A DNA stretch of 63,754 nt, filler included, from Octopus bimaculoides (lineage: Eukaryota): the NCBI RefSeq assembly GCF_001194135.2. It is 8 parts of 8 records of this genome, joined end to end, with 100 filler letters (N's around TTAATTAATTAA, not from the genome) between each part and the next. Parts side by side here need not be neighbours in the genome. Positions count along the whole stretch, not along the records: positions 35,724 to 57,767 come from NC_068988.1; 7 more parts are not named here. The stretch is one strand, 5' to 3'. The stretch's first letter is position 1. Every line of letters begins with the position of its first letter. The notes under the pieces were generated by a model. That model saw nothing but the letters and a program-made list of their open reading frames with translations, was not told where the DNA came from and searched no databases. Position numbers and translations under genes: made by a program. Shown piece after piece: positions 40,995-51,110 of the stretch.

Positions 40995-41825
40995 ATTAAA
41001 ATGTTCCGTGAATATATTGTGCAGCTCCATCATGCCTGTTGAGATACTCTGTAGGTGCAAGAAGACTGCACTTGGAGACAATATGATCAATGGTTTCATT
41101 TTGTTGTTGACATACACGACATGTTAGGAAGCTGCCGTTCTTTAATATGTTGGCCTGGTAGTTCCTTGTAGGTAGGCATTGATCTTGGGCTGCTATGATA
41201 AACCCTTCTGTTTCAGATTTTAACCCTGTGATAGCATTATCTCCTGATCCTTTCCCTCATCACTGAATGCCTGATTCCGTCCCCTTCAAGTACTCCTAGG
41301 TATTTGTAGCTCTCCGCTGGTTCTAACTCTTTTATGACATTCTGCTGGTCAAGGTTAACGTTTAGATGTTTCTGTCATTTTCCCTTTTATAAAGCTAGCT
41401 TTTGCACATTTATCGAGGCCAAATTGCATCCTGATGTCATCACTGAATTGTTTAACAATCGCCAGTAAGCCCTTGAGTTGTTGGTCATCTTTTGCAAAGA
41501 GCTTTAAATCATCCATGTAAATGAGATGATTTATATTTTTATCAAACGTTTTATAACCGTACTGTGCATCATTGAGCAATTTTGAGAGGGGTATTAAGGC
41601 TAGACAAAAGAGGAGTGGTGATAGTGAGTCACTCTGGAAAATGTCACATGAAATTTTTACATCTCCAGCATTTAGCGATTCATTGTCACTGTTCAAAGTC
41701 AGTATGGTTCTCCATGATCTCATACTTAAAGACAGAAAGTTTCGCAGAGTAGGCGCTATTTCATACATTTCCAGACATTTCTTAATCCAGCTATGTGGTA
41801 GACTATCAAAAGCTCTTTATAGATT
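40995..41825 (-). mobile_element. R4/Dong-clade LINE RT fragment joined by an internal deletion to the zinc-knuckle region
   Basis: AFDSLPHSW, IFQSDSLSPLLFCLAL, NHLIYMDDLKLFA, FGLDKC, YKYLG, then SETEGFIIAAQDQ..CRVCQQQNETIDHIVSKC..NRHD. Confidence 0.85.
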
Positions 41826-42340
41826 GAGCCCGTAACACCGGTTTACTGGTGGATGACTTATTTTTCTCTATACCGTAGCACTACTCTACCAGCGGAGTGT
41901 ATCTGCACTAAAGTATCATAATAAGCTTCAGGAGGTCAGGGTTCGAACGATTAAACTATTTCAATACACTCCCTTTTTCCTATACTCTCTTCCCCTAATT
42001 CTCTCTCTTTTCCCACGCTTTTTTCTCTTTCATTCTCTTTGCTTTTTTTCTATCTATTTTTATTTATCTCGCTCCTTTTCCCTTACCTTATTATTTGAAT
42101 GTTTAATCTTTGATATTTCTTTCATATTTATCGTTTGATATCTTCACACATTTTTAGCCTTTTATACTTGTCCAGTTCAGTAACACATTAATTTTATTTA
42201 TTAATTATAATTTATTATAATTTATTAATTTTATAAGAATATAAATAAAACATAAAAAACAGAGTTGGAACTCTTTTAAATAATATATATATATATGTTT
42301 GTATGTATGTATGTATGTATGTATGTATGTATGTATGTAT

Positions 42341-42396
42341 CTATGTCATTAAGATGTAGATATCCATAGCATCTACATCATTCCTGTCGCTTGAAT
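42341..42396 (-). CDS. Probable terminal coding exon: (N)SSDRNDVDAMDIYILMT*
   Basis: Strong acceptor atttttcttttatttcag|, phase 1, stop TAG. Several AATAAA follow on the minus strand (~42193-42226). A weaker alternative terminal exon exists near 44150 (NNHFDIYQRNQVHE*). Confidence 0.65.
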
Positions 42397-43055
42397 CTGA
42401 AATAAAAGAAAAATTCGTTTTAAATCAACTGAAATACAGATTGTGGTTGTTTTTAAAACTGGCATTGTTGTTTAGATAAAAAAAATCATATACGATGATG
42501 AAGAAATAGATTTGAAGTGAAGAATTAAATAGCTATTAAAAAGGACTTAATGAAATAGTTTAAAACTGTAAATGCAAGTAATCGAACATAACTGATTATT
42601 AGGAAAAACAGTGTTAGCTTTATTAGTTTAACCTTCGATATTTGTCAGTCAACGAATATCATATAACTCCTTGTATTTAGGATGCCTGGTTTTTAAGGCG
42701 ATTTCATAATTATAATGCATTTTCAATGAATATCGGGATGAAAGATTAATATGGATTCCAGAATATTCTATCATGCTGTAATATTTAAGTTTTATGTTAA
42801 ACGTTTTCTGTTCATATTAGAACTTCTTTGGAAATTTGCTTTAAAGCAACCAGATAGATTATATATGAATACACAAGTGAATATATAAATAATCTAACTA
42901 CGGATTAAAATAAAAGCCGACGGGTGTATTGTAGCGGAGGGCATGATTAAAAATATGGAGCAGATTGCTTCATGATCTCCGCGTGATACAGTACAAAATC
43001 ATAAAAAAATTTCATTACACACACATGCATATGCCTGTCTGTCTGTCTGCTTGCC

Positions 43056-43086
<31 letters not shown>

Positions 43087-43107
43087 ATGTATGAATGTAT
43101 GTATGTA

Positions 43108-43160
<53 letters not shown>

Positions 43161-43461
43161 TTGTAGAAACGCGCGTAGCGATGCATTAAATGTTTATAAA
43201 CTCCATCCAAGGATTATTGTTATTATTGTTATATTTATCCTACATTATATCGATACAGCTTGAAACAACCCCAAAAATCTGGTTCACCAGTCACCATCAA
43301 TTCATATAAAAGTACACACACTTAAACACGGGTGCATACGAAAACGTTGGTACGTTCCACATCCTCCAGAATACTTCGAACACACATACCTAATCAAAAC
43401 CGTGACAAGCTATGAAGTCTACATACATAATAGTAATAATACTAGTAATGGTGATAATATT

Positions 43462-43860
43462 GGTTTCAAGTTTTGGCACAAGGTCAGCAATTTCGGGTAG
43501 GGGTGTAAATCCCCAGCGCTCAGGTGCTACTTATTTCTCGACCTCAAAAGAATGAAAGGTCAAATCAACCTCGGCGGCATTTGAACTTCTCCAGGCTTCC
43601 GAACAATTTTGCCAGCTCGATGTCTTAAATAGCGATAATGATACATTTGACTTTATGGCGGTGATCTGGCGGAATCGTTAGCACGCCGGGAAAAGTGTAG
43701 ATGCTGTAGATGCATTATGGTATATGGTCTTATATATTTCTATTGGTTTCAAATTTTGGCGCAAACCCAGCAATTTCGGGGAAGTGATAATTTCTTTGCA
43801 TCAACCCCAGTATCTAACTGGTACTTATTTTAATTATTCCCCGCAAGGATTAAAGGCGGA
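43462..43860. mobile_element. Second head-to-head pair of diverged family A SINEs, intronic
   Basis: Minus copy ~43462-43625; plus copy ~43657-43860, rearranged. Confidence 0.55.
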
Positions 43861-44228
43861 ATTTGACCACATAAAGAAGGACGAGATGTGCCTAACATCT
43901 GGGATACTTGGCTGGTCTAATGTAAAAAGCCGTTCTATATACATTAATCGCAAATTTCCACGGAACCAGTGATATTGACAGCCTCCATCGCAGAAGAGAA
44001 AAGGGAAGACTGGGTGCTTAAGATTAGTATAGCAGCAACTCATTTACTTTGATTACATATTCATATTTATCTCAACGATTATATATTCACGTTTATATAT
44101 TCAGGTTCATTCGTGAACTTGGTTACGTTGGTAAATGTCGAAGTGATTATCTGGAGAAGTTAAGATTTTCAAGCAAGAGAAATAGACCGACTAACTCTAA
44201 CTTCACATAAAAGAAATATAATACTTAC

Positions 44229-44338
44229 TTCTTAAATCCTCTCTGTAATATACAGCGTAACCTGTGTTGTTACCACTCTTCTTCTGTGCTTGCATCGCAC
44301 TATATCGATCTTTTGGCCAGATGGCAAATCTCTCTTCG
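44229..44338 (-). CDS. Next coding exon: (N)EERFAIWPKDRYSAMQAQKKSGNNTGYAVYYREDLR
   Basis: Acceptor ctattattgcag|, donor AGA A|gtaagt. 110 nt, phase 2 in and phase 1 out, open frame. Confidence 0.8.
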
Positions 44339-45330
44339 CTGCAATAATAGATTACAACTGATGAATTCAATAAAGTTCGTAATAGCGGAGTACTTTACGG
44401 CCATACTTACAACAATTAGTTCTGTTTAATGAAATCATTGAGTTTATCATTTATTCATTGAAATAAGGTAATATATCATTGTCAGTTTGTTATTTACTAC
44501 ATAAGATACAAAAAAATAACTTTTAATTTAGGAAAGTTGTGTCATATTTTTTAGCTCCAGTTCAGCTCGGAGCAAAGCCATTTCTACGACCATCACGGCA
44601 TATTTCTTTTTCAGACGCATTTTATCTAGATCTACATAATCCAATGATGATAGAGTACTAGTCGAGTGAGATTTGACTCCTATATGACAAGAAACTCTCT
44701 ACGTGTTTTCGAAGGGAAATAAAATTATTTTAGAAAGCACAATATTCCATCATGCCCAATCTGATCTTCAGTTGGAATTACAAAATCACATATAATTTTT
44801 AGCACATACTGAAACACGAAATAGTTGATATATTGTCTCAACTTCTGTCAGCAGATGTATTCTGAGAAAAGCGGGTTGTGAGAAGACTGGAGTTCTTGAA
44901 TGGAAATTTTAGAAAATATGTCTGATATTATGAAATGCATTTTGACGATCAGCAAAAGAGCCGGTGAATCCTCAGGAGCTTGGATATGTGTTACGCAGTT
45001 TGAAGGTTCAGAAATTCATATTAGTAACGGTAGAAAAGACAGAGTGCTGACCACGATGCTGTTAGTCATTAGTTGTACTAATATTTATGCTTTGGAGGGA
45101 AAAAGTTTTGATTACCAGTTTCATTTTAATTGTAAATCTAATGGGAAAAGTTTCCGACTTAAAGGTATGGTTTCTTTTAAATTTTAAGTGTATCATATAC
45201 ATATATAAGTATGATGAAAAAAATATTCGTTACACACACATATCTACGCACGTATATACATATATAACACCAAACAAGATGAGGAAATCATCACAATCAC
45301 CACTATCTCCATCACCATCAACTCCACCAC

Positions 45331-45361
<31 letters not shown>

Positions 45362-45718
45362 AACGCCGCCGCCACCACCACCACCANNNNNNNNNNCCGC
45401 CGCCACCACCACCACCACTACCACTACCACGTTTGTAAAGTTTGTAATTTATTCTTCGGAGATCGATAAAGGAACACTAATTAATAACTGAAATTGATGC
45501 ACCATAGTTAATTGTACCCTTCTTCCTAAATATGTAACTGTCGACCTAGGTGAGAAATTGTAATTATTATCGTAGAAAAACTGTTGATACCAAAAATAAA
45601 AAAAAAACATAACAAGGGGTTAATATACATTATTTACATTATTTACATTATTTACGTTATTTACATTATTTACATTATTTACATTTGACGGATATTTGTC
45701 CTCATATTGTTTGTTGTT

Positions 45719-45764
45719 AACACAACGTTTCGGCTGATATACCCTCCAGCCTTCATCAAGTGTG
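45719..45764 (-). ncRNA. Hammerhead motif, family 1 (C3U variant), sense to the host gene
   Basis: ACAC TTGATGA A GGCTG-gagggtatat-CAGCC GAAAC GT T GTGT; stems I, II and III are consistent. Confidence 0.65.
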
Positions 45765-45794
45765 TTGGGGAAATTTCGAACCTAGGTTCCCCAT

Positions 45795-45840
45795 GACATC
45801 TGAAGAAGGCTGGACGGTATATCAGCCAAAACGTTGCGTT
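45795..45840 (+). ncRNA. Hammerhead motif, family 1, probably inactive
   Basis: GACAT CTGAAGA A GGCTG..CAGCC AAAAC GTT GCGTT; G12A change. Confidence 0.55.
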
Positions 45841-45946
45841 AATAACAAACAAGATAAGGACAAATATCCGTCAAATGTAAATAATGTAAATAATGTACAT
45901 AATTCCTCATCTCTTAAATATAGAACTGTAAGAGGTTAATATGTAC

Positions 45947-46098
45947 TTGAAAAACAAATTGTAGTTTGCTGATGAATTTCCAAACCACGGTGTGGAAATG
46001 AGTCTACTACCACTGAACCACGATTTGTAAGTTGTCCCTCTTCCGTCGAAAATTAATGAATGGACATCGGAATTATTTTTTCTCAAAGCTAATTTCAC
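45947..46098 (-). CDS. Next coding exon: VKLALRKNNSDVHSLIFDGRGTTYKSWFSGSRLISTPWFGNSSANYNLFF
   Basis: Long pyrimidine tract then ttgtatttccag|GTG; donor TTCAA|gtacat. 152 nt, phase 0 in and phase 2 out. Confidence 0.85.
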
Positions 46099-46534
46099 CT
46101 GGAAATACAAAATTGAACAAAAGGAAGAAGGAATCAGACAAGATTGAAAGAGAAGGAAGGCGAGAATGAGATGGAGTGAGAAATCAGGAGGGTGAGAGGG
46201 AGATAGAGAGAAAAACATGAGGACGGAGAGAGGGAGAGTAAGATGGAATGCGAGAGAGAACAAATGGGGAAAGGTAGTTGTGAGAGACAACTGATAAGAG
46301 AAACGCGTGGCGTGAGGCTTAAAAGAGACAGAATTCTGGAGAAAGATGTGAGTGTATTTTTGTGTGCCGCATAAGAAACGGAAGTGAACGACGAAGAAAT
46401 AAACAAAAATATCTGGAAAGATTATTACTTGCAATGTCTGTTTTTTTTTCCATTTGGTGGAAGATTTACCTCTCCACTTATCTAGTATCGTGAAAGCGGA
46501 GGATTGAGTAGATTTAGGAGACATTTTAGATATA

Positions 46535-46604
<70 letters not shown>

Positions 46605-46915
46605 NNNNNNNNNNNNNNNNNNNNNNNNNNNNNNNNNNNNNNNNNNNNNNNNNNNNNNNNNNNNNNNNNNNNNNNNNNNNNNNNNNNNNNNNNNNNNNNN
46701 NNNNNNNNNNNNNNNNNNNNNNNNNNNNNNNNNNNNNNNNNNNNNNNNNNNNNNNNNNNNNNNNNNNNNNNNNNNNNNNNNNNNNNNNNNNNNNNNNNNN
46801 NNNNNNNNNNNNNNNNNNNNNNNNNNNNNNNNNNNNNNNNNNNNNNNNNNNNNNNNNNNNNNNNNNNNNNNNNNNNNNNNATATAATGTATGTATATATT
46901 TTGAAAATGTATTAC

Positions 46916-47007
46916 CTTTTCAATAGGCAAAATGTTCCAGTATCTATATATAGGACTCCTTTTAAACGTGTTAATGTTCATCTCAAATACTTTCTGCCAG
47001 CTTGTAC
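46916..47007 (-). CDS. Next coding exon of the PAN-domain gene: (S)TSWQKVFEMNINTFKRSPIYRYWNILPIEK
   Basis: Acceptor ttttattacacatgcag|, donor GAAAAG|gtaata. 92 nt, phase 1 in and phase 0 out, matching both neighbouring exons with no stop. Confidence 0.85.
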
Positions 47008-47422
47008 CTGCATGTGTAATAAAAGATAATGTTTTAAATGTAAAGCAATAGACAAGAGTTTTAAGTAAACTTTATTCACATTTTAAAGAAATAATATTTC
47101 TAGCAGATCGAACGATCGGGAAAGACTGTTTTATGACCCAGTAAAACAAATCGATACAATATTTTATTGAAAGAGTTATGAATAAAGGTTACGGATAAAA
47201 AATTCATGAGTCGTTAGTTAAAATACAAAAATGAAAGCAATTCCTATAGGCGCCATCTGCTTGAAAAACAATAGTTCATTTAAAGTTAATATATTTAATG
47301 TGGCGGGGATAAACCAGTACATGCTGTCGGGCCCCGCTGCTGATATCGAGGGTTGCTTTCTATGCCTTGACCCGAAATTAAAAAAAGGCAACAATTAAAA
47401 TGGAAAGACTTTATTTACTCAC

Positions 47423-47756
47423 TGTTCACAGAGTGTCTCATATATGACAAACAGTTGCAATTTATATCTTCAATGTTTTCGTTGTAGAACAATTTAAAAA
47501 TTTTGCACGGTCCATTACAATAGCTAAAGTAACCACACTCTTCATTCATCATACACCGTGCTGCACATTCTATGACGGATGTCGTATTTTCGGTCGCTAC
47601 ACTTGGAGATGTCAAGCATCTTGATGCGGTTGTTTTTCTAAAAAGTTGTTCGATTTTGTTCGATTCACCAGATTTCAAATTCAATATGACGAGAAAAATA
47701 ATCGTGAAGACTTGCAGGAGACTGGCAATCATATTATATTGATTTGACGTTTTCAT
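47423..47756 (-). CDS. Main coding exon of a secreted PAN/Apple-domain protein: signal peptide plus PAN-like module
   Basis: Acceptor tatttttcag|GA ATG (exon starts 47758). Translation MKTSNQYNMIASLLQVFTIIFLVILNLKSGES...CLTSPSVATENTTSVIECAARCMMNEECGYFSYCNGPCKIF...CNCLSY gives a hydrophobic leader and the PAN-like C..C-x3-C-x5-C spacing. Donor AAC A|gtgagt, phase 1. Confidence 0.85.
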
Positions 47757-47789
47757 TCCTGAAAAATATACATACATAGATACATAGAT

Positions 47790-47840
<51 letters not shown>

Positions 47841-48049
47841 TATAAGATATAAGTTAGAGGTGTTAAAACCATCTAAGGGATAGATGTATCCAGAGGCACT
47901 CCTGGTTATTACCTCGGTATGTATGGTCCTTGTTGTAAGGTATACGGTGGTAGGTAATTTAAAAGGTAAAACTGTGGTTTGATATATATAAAGACGATAA
48001 GAAAATGGAGAAATAAATGACAATGAGTAAAACAATTCTTTATTTGTTG

Positions 48050-48790
48050 TAGTTCGTATTTATGCATTATTAGCGATTTAATTTTTACTTTGAGAAAAAA
48101 GAATAAAGATATTTTCAGTTGCGGAAAGAGACCTATTAAAATGGGATTGAATGGGGATTCCACAACGTTGATCAGATGGAATTAAATTATTTAAAAAAGA
48201 CTATGTGAAGCCAACTCTGATTAATTGTTTTCCTTTTCTTATTTGAACATTAATAATGTTGTTTATTCGTTTCGATTTTGTAAATATTATATAATATTCG
48301 TAGATAAGTTTTTGATTTATGGGCGGTAGGGAATTAGTTTTGTGTATTGGGGTTTATTCAGTAATAGGGGCTGGTTTCTGTTCTAATTCTTAACCTGCAT
48401 TATTATGGGTCTGTTTGTGCGTTGTTCGGAGCTTTCTTATGAGGTAAGGATATAATTGATTTTAATAAGGTGTCTGTTGATCGTATGAAGGGTGTGCTTA
48501 GTGAGGTTAGTAAAATTGTTGAATGGAAGAAAAACGTTAATAATTATAATGTAGGTTATTTCTAGTACTGTGGAAACTCATCGAATGACTTTTGATTTTA
48601 CTGAAGGGGAGTCAGAGATATTTCTGGGTTTGATATGGAATATGGAGCAATAGGGTTTGCAGTGTTATTTATAGCTGAATATGGAAATGTTCTGCCTATG
48701 AACTTTGTAAGCAGAGCATTAATTTTACGAGGGGTGCTTTTATCAGGTTAGTGTGGCTGAAGGATATATTTAGTGATTAGGTTATTTAGG
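48050..48790 (+). pseudogene. ND1: NUMT: decayed mitochondrial nad1
   Basis: Mitochondrial-code remnants with stops and frameshifts: FTL..K..YFQLRK, GIPQ..SDGIKLFKKDYVKPTLINCFPF, GLYSVMGAG, ETHRMTFDFTEGESE, GFDMEYGAMGFAVLFMAEYGN. These match conserved ND1 motifs such as ETNRxPFDFxEGESELVSGFNVEYG. Confidence 0.9.
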
Positions 48791-48799
48791 GTTAATATA

Positions 48800-49474
48800 T
48801 TTTAGTTAAATATAAGAGAAAATATATAAATTTTAGATGCTAGCAATAGCCATTTCAAAAATAAAATATCCAATTTGAATGAGTAGAACTTTTAACGTTT
48901 ATGAGAGAAAAAGACGAAAAAGAAATCGCCCGTTAAACCTAAAATACGTCCAGTTCTAATATTAGCTGCATTCGAATTGCAAAGGTAAGGGATTAACTCT
49001 TGACACTTGTCATTTTGATTAAGGGGAGAAAATGGGATCAAAGATTATGGCCCCCAGATAGCAGAAAGGAAGCTAAAGAAGACATGTTTTGATAGAATAT
49101 AATTAATCCTAATCATAAAGGCAAGGAATGCCAAAAAGGTTTAGCTAAGCGACAAGTAGCACTAAAATTATAAGGGATTAGTCGTGTTAGATTAAAATTT
49201 ATAGTCATTATGTATAATGAGGAGATAAATAGTGAAAACCCTATATTATTTCTAAAAAATGAAGAAGTTGTTTAGTTACTTGTTTCCGCCATCAGACCGA
49301 GGTGATGCTGAGGCACGGATTATTGGTAATGAATTAATTGTTAATGAGAAAGTTTAAAATAATAAGTTAATGAAAAATAAAGGAAAAACAGTGTCAAATT
49401 ATTAAGTTTAAATTTAAGGAGCAGAAATATAAAGAAGAATTACAATTATCGAATGAAAAAAAAACGTTTATTAT
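48800..49474 (-). pseudogene. ATP6: NUMT: decayed, nearly full-length mitochondrial atp6 (possible atp8 remnant to ~49600)
   Basis: Minus-strand remnants MMNVFFSFDN (start ~49474), GFSLFISSLYMM, NLTRLIPYNFSAT, LPLWLGL, FLPLIKM, AANISTG, IQIGYFIFEMAI, in the order expected for ATP6. Confidence 0.8.
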
Positions 49475-49861
49475 ATTTTGCTTAATTATGGAGATTTTAT
49501 TTAATTCATCCTATAATAGATTAGTAAGAATAGATGAGTTAAGAGATGTTAAGTACGAAAATAAGTTCTATAAAATTGTCTCTAATCACACCCAAATTTA
49601 AACTCTGAGTATATTGCTTTCCTAAATCTTAAATTTATTCTTTATTTTCCAAAACAACCAAGTATTTTGCATGTTGTGAGGTTCTATTTTCTATTTACAG
49701 ATGAACTGTTTTCTTGCCATGAGCCATGAAACTTTCGTTGAGGTGACAAGAGCGTCGCTGGGGCATACAATGTATTGTAGCTACTTCCAAATCTGCTGGA
49801 GCCCATCTTCCTCCAGGTATAACTATAGCCACTTTGTTTCAGAAAGTCACATAGAAAGAAA

Positions 49862-49955
<94 letters not shown>

Positions 49956-51060
49956 GAAAGAGACAGAGACAGACAGAAGGGGAGGATCTTGCTTCAACAT
50001 TGTCGCAGTAAATTATCCCGAAACAAGAAATAGCAAAGTCGACTTCGTCAGGATTTGAACTCAGAATTAACAGTGGAAAACATACGTTCTTCAAGAAAAA
50101 TTACTTGCTAAGGTTCCCTCAACATAATTTCTTACGCATTTTCTACGACTGGATATTGAAGCTATTGCTAAGTCAATGAAATATATGTGTCATATTTTCG
50201 TGTTTGTGAAAACCTTCCACAATGTTGGGATCCAGTCCTGGTATAGATAAATAATATTCTTCTTATTGTAGTCCTGGTATAGATAAATAATATTCTTATT
50301 ATTGTCGTTGGAATTATTTGTAGAATCAAAAAGAAACAAAAAAATGGTTAGAAGCTTTTAAACTGAAACATGAGATAATGAATTGAGTAATATTTTTAAG
50401 GTTGTATAAGTTCATAACATGTAGAAAATGTGTTACACTGTTCAGAAGAAATGCTTTCTTCAACTGTTCCCCGCTTCCACAATTTACAGATTAACTATTC
50501 CAATTGTTATAGTTGATATAAAAAATTTCGGTTAGTAGGTTTAAGTAATATTAGTTAACTGGAAATGGTGACTTCCCATGTAGGTACAAAATCACTATTT
50601 TCAAAGGCAAAAACATATATAATCGATTGCATCGACTTTGTCTATATTACTTGAAATGTTATTATCCTATTAATTACGAAAGGGATAGGCGCACAAAGAC
50701 TAAATAGTGGAATTTAGTTAGGGATTGTCTTATCCCTTCATTTAATCTCTTCTATCTAGAAATAAAAACAACTTCTATCAGAAACAGAAAACATTACGAG
50801 ACGGACAGAGACAGACAGCCAAAAAGAAAACTCGGTGGGATTTCAAATCAGAAGGTGAAAGTAGGTAACTGAATACTGAAGATATTTTATTAGTCGATCC
50901 ATGTCTTTTAGAAATCTACCATTCTCCATTCCACTCTGGAAATGCGAAATGATAATACCAAATCTAATGTAATGAAAGTAGAAATTGGCGACAGTAATTT
51001 CCAACATAGAATCCTAGAAACAATTGTTATTATTTCTCTTATTATCATTAATCCACTTAC

Positions 51061-51110
51061 CTTTAATATTCATGACTGTTCCAGAGTTGCTAAGTAAACT
51101 TGAAGATAAG
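51061..51110 (-). CDS. Candidate upstream exon of the PAN-domain gene with an in-frame ATG (51073; adds MNIKG)
   Basis: ctttttggtcgaatttcag| 50 nt |gtaagt. It ends ATG AAT ATT AAA G, which joins GA ATG at 47758 in frame. Confidence 0.5.

Larger units (their letters stand above)
45626..45930. mobile_element. Second fold-back of the same hammerhead-bearing repeat, intronic in the PAN-domain gene
   Basis: 45626-45770 is inverted relative to 45789-45899. The centre holds the perfect palindrome GAACCTAGGTTC (45778-45789), and the left end has about six ACATTATTT units. Confidence 0.8.

Noticed and set aside
47415-48035. Single-exon 206-aa ORF as given in the track
   Set aside because: The N-terminal half runs through a (TG)n intron. 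The true exon is bounded by the acceptor at 47759 and the donor at 47422.
50234-50305. 36-bp tandem duplication
   Set aside because: Simple two-copy local duplication with no further structure.
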